Source: Botryllus schlosseri (lineage: Eukaryota). From it: a stretch of DNA of 64,000 bases. The DNA lies in the NCBI GenBank assembly GCA_051294905.1, contig CM119378.1, positions 12,834,001 through 12,898,000 of the forward strand, read 5' to 3'. The first letter of the stretch is position 1; every line of letters starts with the position of its first letter. Below are positions 11,802 through 34,682 of the stretch, piece after piece. The translations under genes were made by a program, and so were the position numbers. The notes beneath the pieces are model-generated. The model did no database searches. It saw only the letters and a list, made by a program, of their open reading frames with translations, and was not told the DNA's origin.

Positions 11802-12680
11802 TCATGAGATAATTTCAAGACGGCGAGGCTTTGTTTTCCTGGCTCGCTTCGTTGAAGGTTTTGACAGATCAAACATGGTTACATCTCCTTCACAAGCCTT
11901 AATAAATGCTCCCATCAGTATCGTTGCCTGGTTGTCTGTTAGTCCCAACTGATCTAGAGCTTGGGAAACATGGGCATTTTTCATGATATTTTTAGGAGCC
12001 ATCAGTTTAATGCGCTGGGTCGAGTTGACAAGAGCAACAGCATCTTCCGAACTCAAATTATTACTTTGTTTCGACGATGAAGAAGATTCTGTTCTAGCAG
12101 AGTCATATGCCATATCTTTATGAGCTACCCCGTTAATGGATACAGTGAGGTCTTTTACCAGAATCTTGTCTCTTCCTGACATAGTTGACTTGCGAGATCG
12201 GCGTTGATCTTCATAGAATTCAATGTCTTCGAGCTTTTTTTCGTGTGAAAGATTACTATCATTTTCTATTATTGATATCGCATCACTTCTTCCAATATCC
12301 CATAGCTTGGCCAAATCTTCCTGAAATTTCGTTCTCTTTCCCTTTGGATCACTTGCCCGTTTAGAACACTTCTTCAAACTAAGCCACTTCTCATAAGATT
12401 TATTGAGTAATCTCACCGCATGGCTTTTCTGTATTGTCGCAATTCCCGCTATTTTCCACACCGTCAGTACATCATCCACCACGGCATTCAATAGCTCATG
12501 CGTAGGGGTTGATTGACGACAATTTTCCTTGAGATGCAGCAAGTAACTCATTACATCCCGCAAAGTAGGTAATCTGGAGTCACTGATATAATCGCAAGCA
12601 TATCCGACCAAGTAATGCTGATATTGAGTTGATGGCTGCCGCAAGTGATGCTCAATCTTTTGTCGCTTTGCCTCCGCCAT
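11802..12680 (-). CDS. Transposase-derived N-terminal-domain protein, copy 3 (292 aa)
   Basis: Intact ORF. Start codon is 1762 bp from that of copy 2. Indels relative to copies 1 and 2 are multiples of 3. Confidence 0.7.
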   Translation of the reverse strand: MAEAKRQKIEHHLRQPSTQYQHYLVGYACDYISDSRLPTLRDVMSYLLHLKENCRQSTPTHELLNAVVDDVLTVWKIAGIATIQKSHAVRLLNKSYEKWLSLKKCSKRASDPKGKRTKFQEDLAKLWDIGRSDAISIIENDSNLSHEKKLEDIEFYEDQRRSRKSTMSGRDKILVKDLTVSINGVAHKDMAYDSARTESSSSSKQSNNLSSEDAVALVNSTQRIKLMAPKNIMKNAHVSQALDQLGLTDNQATILMGAFIKACEGDVTMFDLSKPSTKRARKTKPRRLEIIS

Positions 12681-13104
12681 GTCTGCAATATTGTCGCTAA
12701 AGCGTTATAGTTACAGAATCACAGGTGCTATAGTAAACTCTTTTAGCGAATAACTATACTATCAAATTGAATTTGAACTTGAATACTGAAGTTCTGCACG
12801 TCCTTTCCAATCACGTCCCTCTAGCAAAGCGAAATCAGCCCGTCGCCGCCGTAATGATTGAAGCGTAACTGAATAATCTATCAAGCACATCCGTGTTTTC
12901 GTCACCGAGCTTTCGTGCTTGCCCTTGCCCCGTAGCCCGCCAACTTGATTTGTGGTCGGTGGGCCAAAGAATGTACAGGGGCTAGGCCAGAATGGTTTCC
13001 AACCACCGGTGCCGGTCCGCGACGAATTTTCTGCTGCCTGCTATAGTTGTCTGAAACCTTCGATGTTCATAAGTGCCTAAAGAACAGGCGCCGAATAGTC
13101 GTAT

Positions 13105-13144
13105 CATAGCAATTTACAACGTAGCTACGTTGTAAATTGCTATG
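13105..13144. repeat. Perfect 40-bp palindrome flanked by 8-bp direct repeats
   Basis: catagcaatttacaacgtag|ctacgttgtaaattgctatg, with gtcgtatc at 13098-13105 and 13145-13152. Confidence 0.95.
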
Positions 13145-13960
13145 GTCGTATCCTTGCAATCTCAGCCCCACAGTACAAATGCCACGTGGGCAACCCTTGG
13201 TACGTCTACGCGTGGGCAATTTCAATCTGTTTTGACTATGTAGCGGACGAAAGGTTACGAGATATTAACATGCAACAAAGTATTCAATAACTTAAACCGA
13301 GGTGGGTGTCTGTACTCTAGACCAGCGGTTCTCAACCTTTTTCACCTCGCGGACCAGTAAAATTTCGAAAAATACTTGACGAACCGGTGGACTTTCAAAA
13401 ATTGAAATCAACCGAAAAATTGAAGTATGCTGCCGTTTTTTGCAAGTATATGGTGCTAGAGAGTGACATTTTAAAGGGTTTGATCGAAATTCATGATAGC
13501 ATCCATGTGATTTTACGGTAGTGAGTCTGCTGAGTCGAAGTAAAATTGCCTTGCCCAGATACACGTGCTACCGTCGAGAGTCTTTTACAGTCTTTCGCAC
13601 CGTAGGTCATGGATGTAATCGACCACGCCAACTGGAATAATATTCTTCTCTTCGATAATATCGGGAGAAGAAGTGCTTCGGAGTCGAACCAAGCACCTCG
13701 TCGTGCAACCTTGCTCATTGCCCACAACACCAGACGTAGGCTACTCTTGCTACTACAGATATAATGCGCCGCACGAAAACACCTGACTACAGCTATACCT
13801 GGCCAGTGGCCATCCACAAATCCGGGGTCGCAAAGCCACTTCGTCAGCCAACCCCACCCCACCCCCCAAAAAAAAACGTTAGTCTTATCCCTCCTACAGT
13901 TAGATGGATTTTTTCACCAGTAGGCTACTTCTGAACACATCCATTTTACTCCGTGTATGC

Positions 13961-14576
13961 CAATATTTACATGACCGTTTGGGTCAGCTTCGAAGCTGAC
14001 TCGTCAATCCGACTCTCTCGTTTTTGAAAAAGAGACGGCTTCAATCCGTCAATCCGTTCCGCAGAGTCGCTTGGAGAATACTTGGACAGTACCGGTACTT
14101 GAAAACGAATCCAGACTACAGCAACATACCAACATTTCATGTTCGTTCATATTTCACGAAACCGGCACGTATTTCAAATGGGTGAATATGAAAGCTCTAT
14201 CAGTAGATGATACTGCTTTTATAATATGCCCGTGGTCTCATTTGTTCAGCGTCACAACTTATGAAGCGAGTAGAGCCAACAATATGACTTGCACAACTCA
14301 CAATCAGAAAGAATATATACACGGTGTATTTGGTCATTCTAGAATTGTGTTGAAGTATTTCCGGATATCTCAACTGCCGTAGCATATTCCCGAGCTGAAT
14401 CCCACAGTGCTGTGTATCACTCGAGCTGAGATAAACATGACCATGACCATGTAAACTCGATCACTTTGGCAAGCCGTCTCATGACGTCGCTCCAAGACGA
14501 CTTGGCTTCAAGACGACTTGACCATGTAAATGGGCTTAATGATATATATACGTATATGTATAGGCTTATATCATTG
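13961..14576. mobile_element. 616-bp insertion with 8-bp TSD nested in the family B element
   Basis: TSD gtgtatgc at 13953-13960 and 14577-14584, short CAAT/ATTG termini, and absent from the paralog at 28846-30382. Confidence 0.7.
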
Positions 14577-15078
14577 GTGTATGCAGAGATGCAGCCTAAT
14601 CGCGCAAAGCGCGGAAATTTTTTATAATTCATCACCGAATCGATCAATAATATTATTAATTGCGTATATATTGCTTTAATTTTTTTATCCTCTCAGAATT
14701 ATCAGATTTTCCGGTAGAGCTGAGTGAGGTGTTGTCTTGGAAAATTCAGGCCACGTCATCAATATTAAACATATTTGGCGGGCGTGTTGGAATAATTACT
14801 TCGTTGTAACTCATTATTTCGTGACGTGCTGCATGTCTGTTACATGTAGTGAATAGAGATTGATATCGCCCAAGTGCACTAAACTAGAATGCGCACACGA
14901 TTCCAAATTAGTATTTCTGCACTGGAAAATAGCTGTTCTCTATGGGATGGTATTTGTCTTGTGGGTACAGATTGTCAGGACAGCGAAATTCTGCGCCGGC
15001 GATTTAGGTGCATACTGTAGGACGCCCTGCGCCCTCTCACGGTTCATACACTTTGTAAGATACAACATCATTATGGTA

Positions 15079-16040
15079 GGGGAGATGTGGTACCGATGGA
15101 TCAAAAATTGGAAAATGATCGCTGGCTCCAAAATGTTCAGCCGAAAACAACAGGTCTTTTGCTGGCTCAGCACTTTGATACAAGCTCCACCTATCGCGCA
15201 CATATACATGAATATCCGTCTTTTCAAAAAATATTTATGGACGTTCAAAATTTGTTGCTCGAACGTGTCATCGGTCCCCACCCGGTGGGTCCAATGGCAC
15301 ACGACCCGGGGACCTATGACACATATACCCTAAATACCTCAGATGTGACAACTTTTCTTGCTCAGTATCATAATCTAAGCTACAGTAAGCCAAAGAAGAA
15401 TGTTTGATCGCAACCGTCAAAAAATAGAATAAATATTAACTCAAATGTTGTCATAAAATCACATTTCGATTTAGGCTCGGACTTATAAATTTGAGGGTAC
15501 ATACATATTGCCCGAAAATCGGCAGTGTGACTTCCAAATACCTCGTTATAGCGATAAAACATCATGTACAATTATTACATAAAGATTTTCTGTACGTAGG
15601 CATGTTTCATTTGTTTTATGATTAGTATGCTTGATTATTTTGCATGATTTGGCTATTGTATCATCGGTCCCCACCCTACGAATTTTACACAAGAATCGAA
15701 AAAAATTCCACTCAAGGAAGGTACTGAAAAAAAAATAGATGCCATTATATAGCCTGATACAAACCCTACACTTCACAATAAAAATGATTGCTGGTTTGTT
15801 CGTGTTGAAGGTTACAAAGAAAAATGTATATGTCGATCTAAATTTAGTTTACACCCCCCAAATCAAAAAAACATCTGTGAGAGACCCCATAGCTCGCGCT
15901 CGTCTAATTTTTTTCTATGTGAGGAAAGATTTTGCCAGCATGCAATTGTAGACAAGTTCACGGAGTGTAATCATGGAATGATCATAGAGAATTTTCAAAG
16001 TATTTTCGGTCCCAGTGATCCATCGGTACCACATCTCCCC
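15079..16040. mobile_element. Tc1/mariner-pogo-like MITE with 25-bp TIRs and TA TSD
   Basis: ta|ggggagatgtggtaccgatggatca and tgatccatcggtaccacatctcccc|ta. It lies within a further unclassified insertion of about 1.8 kb (about 14645-16418). Confidence 0.8.
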
Positions 16041-16911
16041 TACATATCGACCATATCTGTATATCACATGACTTATATCTTTCTTCTCGCTACCACGTGA
16101 CTTACCATTTATCAGCTCGTGCATTTCAATTACAAAAGCAGACTCATCTGCGATATCCTACTGTATTTCCATGCATATTCGACCAATATATCTATCTGAG
16201 GCAATACTGTCGTTGCATTCACGTTGAAGTTGTCAGATCAAGGACTAACACAGGGACGTGCGTCTACTACAAAAAGAGCTAAGTATATCTACCCAGCCAC
16301 ACATTACGTGGAACTCATAGGTTGCAACTCTAGCAGGTTATCCGACGATACACCTTCCTATAATACAGACAATGTGACACATAGCCTATATATCGAAGTT
16401 TTCAGTCCTTTTCGGCCAAGATGTTCTCTCTGCCGAATCTTTGGAAAACTTTTCGGAGTCCTATGTTCGCCTGAACTTCATCATGTGTTGGTGCGTCGCA
16501 GCGCGGCAATGGCTGACGCCGGAATGCGTATTCCTATAAATGTTGCGCATTTCTTGGGGAAAGGGCTCCCAATAATCAAGGCATTTAGTGACACTAAATC
16601 GGGAAAAGCGCGAATTTTGTTTTTGTTTTAAAGTTGGATGAAGTTTCAAAGAAATACTCTATAATATACTATATGTTCATTCACGAAATCACTATATGGG
16701 CCCCTGCAATAGGAGGTTTGGGTGCGGTACTTACGGTTCTGCACGAAATGAATGAATCGAAAACGAATGATCGTGCAAACAGCGCGGTTTGGCGAGTCAG
16801 CTCGTAGGGCCTACTTTTCGCATCTTGAAATCAAGATATAAAATTGTAATATACCAGGCGGACCGGCAGGATGGTCGTCGCGGATCGGCGGTTGAGAACC
16901 ACTGCTCTAGA

Positions 16912-17170
16912 CAGTGGTTCTCAAACTTTTTTAGACACGCCCCCCTCCTTGATGACAGTGAAAAATTTCACGACCGCTCTTTCGTCACATCAATAAAATA
17001 TTTAAAAGGACAACTAGGCTACATACAATATTTGGTACCCCACACATAGTCTGATGGCATGCGACTGTGGACAGACTTCTAAAATATGAAATTTGAAGTG
17101 TGCAGATCAATAAAATTACGATATGGAGGTAAATCACGCGGAGCGTGAAAAATTTCCAGGTTAATAGTTC
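16912..17170 (+). mobile_element. Truncated hAT MITE, family C
   Basis: Starts cagtggttctcaaactttttt and is similar to 29922-30244. The right TIR was not found. Confidence 0.6.
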
Positions 17171-17702
17171 ACCACCAAAAATCATGTGCAATGGTAGCAT
17201 GTAGCATATAGTGATTTTAGTGGTTCGTCTGATGTCTAGCTCACCACAAAATAAGTTGAATAAAAAACTAATGGCGCGGTCGCACTTCGCTCATTAGCAC
17301 TCTTTCACGGGACAAATGTTTTAGCTCGCAGGGTCACAGGTCGCCAAGTTTATGTATCAGTTTCACTGCGGTCGTTGCCTCGAATATTTCAATGACTTCT
17401 TCACCTCTGAATCAAAAGCGCACAAGCAGGCTACAACACACGCGCGTCCACGTTGTCCAAATATCATATGATCGACCAAAAAGATCATCGCTCTATCAAA
17501 TATGCCGGACCTGATGTGTGGAACAGTATCCTGCCGGCCATCCGGCAGTCGACGAGCATGTCCACGTTCAAGTCGAAATATAAGCAATTACTACTAAATA
17601 AATACAGACCATCCTCAAGATTACCGGACCACGACTGACCTATCGATCTCGCTTCCCATGACATGCCGCCCTATTTCTTGTCGCTTCCTTTTTCTATACT
17701 AT

Positions 17703-19796
17703 TGTAACATCCTGGGAATTGATTAATGTAATGGATCAGTGATTGCATTGTTGGTCACAGTTGATTGACTAGTGTGCGCTTTCTTCGCGGAAGGTGGTAG
17801 AATGTTCTTCGCGTTTCTGGCTGCACGTGTTATTGAGTGCGCGGTCGTTTAGTAGGAAGCTTAGGAATGCTTGTGAACTGGGTATTTGTACTTGCAATGT
17901 AGTGTAGTGCCTGTATATCTCTGTGAGGTACTGATTGGAGTATTTGGTTGTATTAAGTGGCTTGGTATTAAATTGGTAACTTGTAAATACTCCTGGGTGT
18001 ACTTGATGGCATGCTGGTGGTAGCGGGTCGCCGACGAGAGGGTTTCTGAACCGAAGAACAACGACGTCCCTGTTAGGTCGACAGCGCCGTATCAGGGTCG
18101 CTACAATTTGGCGAGCACGCCAGGACCTCTCTTTGATGGTGACGGTTGGAAAGATATGGTTTGGAAAGCATCCGGATCAAAGCAGTTATGCTGTGGGGAT
18201 GATAACCAGTATCTTTCGGAAAAGCTACGAGTAGGCATCAAGGAACACAATGAACGGATGGACAGGATGCAGCAAGAGTTTGAAAGGAGCAAGGAGAGGG
18301 AGCGACAGTTAGGGTTAACTGTTCTCCCTGGATTAGATGCTATCCTTGGTGGGCTGCTATCGGTGAGAACGAGTCTTCGGAGACGGAAGACTGGAAGTGT
18401 TGGCTCAGGTTCTCTGAAGAGCTCGCGTGAAGAAATTGCTGCAGTGCCTGGTGTTACCAAATCTGTCGGGTTGCCACGGAAGCCGGGTGGCGGAAAGCGA
18501 GGTGTCGTTCGCGGAAAAGACAGATTCGGGGAAGCCGGTGTTTGTAAACGCAAACAGGAATGTGCTGCTGATAGAGTCGTGAAAGGCAACGGGTCGAGTT
18601 TGCCTGGGACCAAGCAGTATGGAGGGAACTGTCGCGGTGACGATGACAGATGGAAGGCTGATGCTGCTGCTGTTACGGCTGTCTCGACGGTACGATCAGG
18701 GCTGATCGTGGAAGGCAACGGGTCGTGGTTGCCTGGGGCTAAGCAGCACGGAGAAGTCTGTCGCGGGGACGATGACAGAGGAAAAGCCGATACTGCTGCT
18801 GCCGTTGATCCTGTTTGGACGGTGCAGTCGGTGCTGGTCGTGGAAGGCAATGGGCTGAGTTTGCCTGTGACTGAGCAGCAGGGAGAAGTCGAACGTGGCG
18901 ATGTGAAAAGTGAAAAAGCTGACACTGCTGCTGTTAGGACGGTTTCGACTGTAAGCTCGGTATTGATCGTGGAAAGCGATGTATCGTGTTTGCCTGGGAT
19001 CAAGCAGCAGGAATGTGATTGTCTCGTTGGCATAAGCGAGGCTGCGTGTGACAGAGGTGTCGAACTGACGGGGTATGAGCGTGATGATGCTCATTGGTGT
19101 CGGCCTGGAACCTGCGGATGCTTCCTGATGGAGGGTCGGAGGCTGACTGTAATTGGTGGAGTGACGTGACCGGATTGTGGAAGTCGGGATGCACTGTGAT
19201 GACGACTTCGGAATGGACGTTATGGTCAACGATATTGCATTTGATTTAGCGGAACGAAGTGTAATAGGTCCTTTCTTGTGTGTTGTTGAGCTATTTACGT
19301 TAGCTGGTACTTGATGCATGGTTGGTTGCTTTGTAGGTCTTATTGTGTGATTGAGATTTTTAGGGAAAATCCAATCAAGAAAGGGGAGGGTAGTGTAACA
19401 TCCTGGGAATTGATTAATGTAATGGATCAGTGATTGCATTGTTGGTCACAGTTGATTGACTAGTGTGCGCTTTCTTCGCGGAAGGTGGTAGAATGTTCTT
19501 CGCGTTTCTGGCTGCACGTGTTATTGAGTGCGCGGTCGTTTAGTAGGAAGCTTAGGAATGCTTGTGAACTGGGTATTTGTACTTGCAATGTAGTGTAGTG
19601 CCTGTATATCTCTGTGAGGTACTGATTGGAGTATTTGGTTGTATTAAGTGGCTTGGTATTAAATTGGTAACTTGTAAATACTCCTGGGTGTACTTGATGG
19701 CATGCTGGTGGTAGCGGGTCGCCGACGAGAGGGTTTCTGAACCGAAGAACAACGACGTCCCTGTTAGGTCGACAGCGCCGTATCAGGGTCGCTACA
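17703..19796 (+). mobile_element. Non-autonomous LTR retrotransposon (Gypsy-like termini, TRIM-like size)
   Basis: 403-bp LTRs at 17703-18105 and 19394-19796, identical by eye, with TG...CA ends. 4-bp TSD ctat. PBS TGGCGAGCACGCCAGGA (18109-18125) resembles the complement of the tRNA-Arg 3' end. PPT aagaaaggggaggg at 19377-19390. No RT, integrase or recognisable gag in the 1288-bp interior. Confidence 0.92.
18156..19169 (+). CDS. LTR-element internal ORF (337 aa from first ATG): coiled-coil segment plus about 3.5 x 43/44-aa repeats
   Basis: Open frame 18108-19169 with in-frame repeats starting at 18579, 18708, 18840 and 18969 (periods 129, 132 and 129 nt). Confidence 0.5.
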   Translation: MVWKASGSKQLCCGDDNQYLSEKLRVGIKEHNERMDRMQQEFERSKERERQLGLTVLPGLDAILGGLLSVRTSLRRRKTGSVGSGSLKSSREEIAAVPGVTKSVGLPRKPGGGKRGVVRGKDRFGEAGVCKRKQECAADRVVKGNGSSLPGTKQYGGNCRGDDDRWKADAAAVTAVSTVRSGLIVEGNGSWLPGAKQHGEVCRGDDDRGKADTAAAVDPVWTVQSVLVVEGNGLSLPVTEQQGEVERGDVKSEKADTAAVRTVSTVSSVLIVESDVSCLPGIKQQECDCLVGISEAACDRGVELTGYERDDAHWCRPGTCGCFLMEGRRLTVIGGVT

Positions 19797-20283
19797 CTAT
19801 CTTCTTTACTTTCATTCAGTGTGCATGCCTCCTCTTTACATCGCCTAGGCCAAGGTGGGTGTCTGATTCCATAGACAACTTCTAGTCGCTTCGACATCTT
19901 CCTTTCTTTTCATTGTATCGCATTTTTGTGGTGTATTGAAATGATAAAATTGCTAATAAACCAATGATGATGATGAGGTGTTCAGCAAGAGAATTATTCA
20001 ATTGAGTAGCTTCAGCTGCCATAAAATACTCTACCTTAAGGGTGGTGGCATACAAAATTGGTCCCAATTGAGGACTCAGAGAGGCTACTTCGACGTTAAA
20101 GCCACTCCGATCTAAATCCTTGTAGCTTAGATTAAAAAGGCACATTATTCGTAGCATATGACATGACCTTATAAGGAATAATCTTCTCCATAACTTTGTG
20201 CCTTTCTGGGCATTCTGCACAAATACTTGACAGACATAGCCTACTATAAAAAAGAGTCAGCCGGGGCCTACGACAAGTTATCG

Positions 20284-20603
20284 AAGGTTACCATCGCGGA
20301 TTTGTCTTCTTTTTTTACAAAATTAAAAGTGCCCTCGGAGGACGCCTAGATGTCCTTATTTTTGGGAATTGTCTTCTTTTTTTTTCAGAAAAAATATTAA
20401 AATGCCATGAAAAAGTATAGGCTACTTCTCGGTAAAATTGGTAAGCAAAATTGTAGAAAAGTGGTTAACCCGGAAGTCGATCTAAATGTCGACCAGTATT
20501 TTTAGTCAACACTGCAGTTCAACAGTTTTCTTAGCCGGTACTGGAGATTTCAGAATATTTGAAAAGTGCCCTCTTTTTCGGATCTCAAGATATGGTAACC
20601 CTA
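20284..20603. mobile_element. hAT Blackjack-like MITE (TAGGGTTACCAT TIR), degenerate
   Basis: Ends aaggttaccat and atggtaacccta. Homologous to 49328-49724. Confidence 0.6.
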
Positions 20604-21902
20604 TAAAGTTATCGCATCAGCTATACACGTATTCGACAGTTCATTGACATCTTCAGACCGGTGCAAGATGCGGTACCGTATCACTCAAGGTATCGGTGTA
20701 TCGAGGGTACGACGCAATTATAATATCAGGATTATTTCCGTTGTTGAAAGTTAGAAATTTCAGCACAAATTAAACTCGATCATTGCAAGTTCAAGAAACA
20801 TAACAAAAATGTAAATTTTATACCGTTCATCGTCCAGGAATCCAAAAACCAGCCTTGAATTTTGCATTTTCATGGATTTGGTATGGTGTCGGAAAAATAA
20901 AATCGAGAAGAAGCGCTATGCCTCATCAGGTCAGCAGCAACCACGAAAGTGCAGAGCGTTGCGGCAATAGGGAATATGTTTGCTTCGATGAGGTTGGTTC
21001 GAAGTGCAATCGCGGCGTGGAGAAACATTGCGATGATAATGTTTATAATGGTATGCTGTTACATTGGACATTAAGCTTTTAAGTGGATGCCAGGGAGACC
21101 GTGCCTGGTCGTTTCTGTATCCCCCTACCCCTACGTGTTGATTACATTGCTATGGTCATACTGTATATAGCATTGTAAAAGCCACATTGTGTGTCTTGAG
21201 AGGATAAAAATAAGATTACCGCTGAATGATATTATCATAGCCTCCCCTGTGATATTATCATAGCCTTTATAAAGGCTAAGATGTTATTATCTCAATAGTT
21301 TCCGGATATTTGGGATATTGTAAACCCGGATTTAACTCTATGGTGCAAACGGAGTCAGTCGATGGTCGATCAAAAACCGCCGTATATTACTCGAGAAATG
21401 TTGATTTCGCCACAAAAAGATATAGCGTTTTATACTTAGTGTTACGTGTAGTTTCTCACCGTTTCGAGAGTAATATAACACTTTGTTGTGTGTAGACCGC
21501 TTGATCAGACCCAACTACAGCATCAGCGTGTAGATTTCAATGTCTGCTCATTTCTCAACTATAATTGCAAGACGACAACTCCATTTCTTCGTAGTATACC
21601 GTAATAATTATGGTACAGAGCAGAGCTTTCTCACTGCGAGTGACCTATATGGAAACAAATCAAAGTTGTATGTATCATGCTACTAACTAACTAGACGCTA
21701 CTTGAAAATTAAAATAGCTAAGCATATCCGTCATTAATTAAGCATCGGCTCGTGTATATCTCTCATCTTAGCCTTAGCCCTTAGGTAAGTCAGTTTTCAA
21801 TACCAAGAGGGCTAAACGGAATTTGACAACATTTTAATCGAGTTCTATCATTTTTCTATAGCTTCATATGCCATAGGTTTCATATACACTATCTGTAGAA
21901 GT

Positions 21903-34045
<12,143 letters not shown>

Positions 34046-34219
34046 GTGAGATGGGTTGTATATCTGATCTTCCTCTGTGTACTGCCGTGGGCGTAGCCAG
34101 GCAAAGGCGGTTTGTGGCCAAATGTCTGAATCAGTTTTGTGACCAGTCAAAGCTAATTGCTCAGAGTAACAAAAATCCAGGGATGGTCGAAGTTGGTAGC
34201 ATTGCTGTTCATTGTTCAT

Positions 34220-34682
34220 CACGGTTGTAACCAAGTCACAAGGTTCCGAGTCACAAGTCAATTTCACTTTTATAGTTTTGACTCAAGTCAGCGAGTAGCG
34301 GGTTGAGTCCGAGTCATTGTGTTGTGACTCGAGCCCGAGTCCAAGCCATTGTGTTCACTGTTCAGTTTTGAGCTCAATCCAGTTCAGCCCACTTTTCAAC
34401 TCTGCTCGAGTGATATAGAATGGCTCGCATTCATAATATCGTAATTTCCTCAGTCCTAACAGTTTCCGGCCCTATTTTCCAAGTATCAGGACTGATAGAC
34501 GAAATACCAATAATGTGGTGACTTAACTATTCTTCAAAGTTACAGTGTCTGTCTGGGCCGTCCTAGTCTCGAATCATATGACTTGGTTTGAGTCATGCAC
34601 AATGACTCAAGTACAAGTCGAGTCAGTTTGATCATTTGAAAATATACTTAATTCAAGTCCAGTCGAGTCATTACAAGCTTTG
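34220..34682. mobile_element. hAT-like MITE, family A
   Basis: Homologous along its length to 4351-4882. Confidence 0.7.

Larger units (their letters stand above)
13323..16904 (-). mobile_element. Non-autonomous hAT (Buster/Charlie-type) element, family B, enlarged by nested insertions
   Basis: TIRs cagcggttctcaacc and ggttgagaaccactg. Perfect 8-bp TSD ctctagac at 13315-13322 and 16905-16912. The backbone is the reverse complement of 28846-30382. Confidence 0.9.
17372..19978 (+). mobile_element. CR1/L2-clade LINE 3' fragment (ORF2 C-terminus plus 3' UTR), interrupted by an LTR element
   Basis: ...EYFNDFFTSESKAHKQ...SIKYAGPDVWNSILPAIRQSTSMSTFKSKYKQLLLNKY is a typical CR1/L2 ORF2 end. The 3' UTR resumes at 19801 and ends AATAAA plus (atg)n. 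Homologous to 41903-42192 and 58744-59216. Confidence 0.8.

Noticed and set aside
9150-12690. ttgcag just upstream of each array ATG as a splice or trans-splice acceptor
   Set aside because: Conserved in all three copies but lacks a polypyrimidine tract. Cannot be supported without transcripts.
13292-13862. ORFs of 90-123 aa here and at 28635-28958 and 29306-29891
   Set aside because: They lie in non-autonomous hAT element backbones, frames are not conserved between the two copies, and there are no transposase motifs.
14860-15407. Overlapping ORFs of 157, 120 and 106 aa
   Set aside because: They span a MITE boundary and show no protein motifs, so they are likely incidental.
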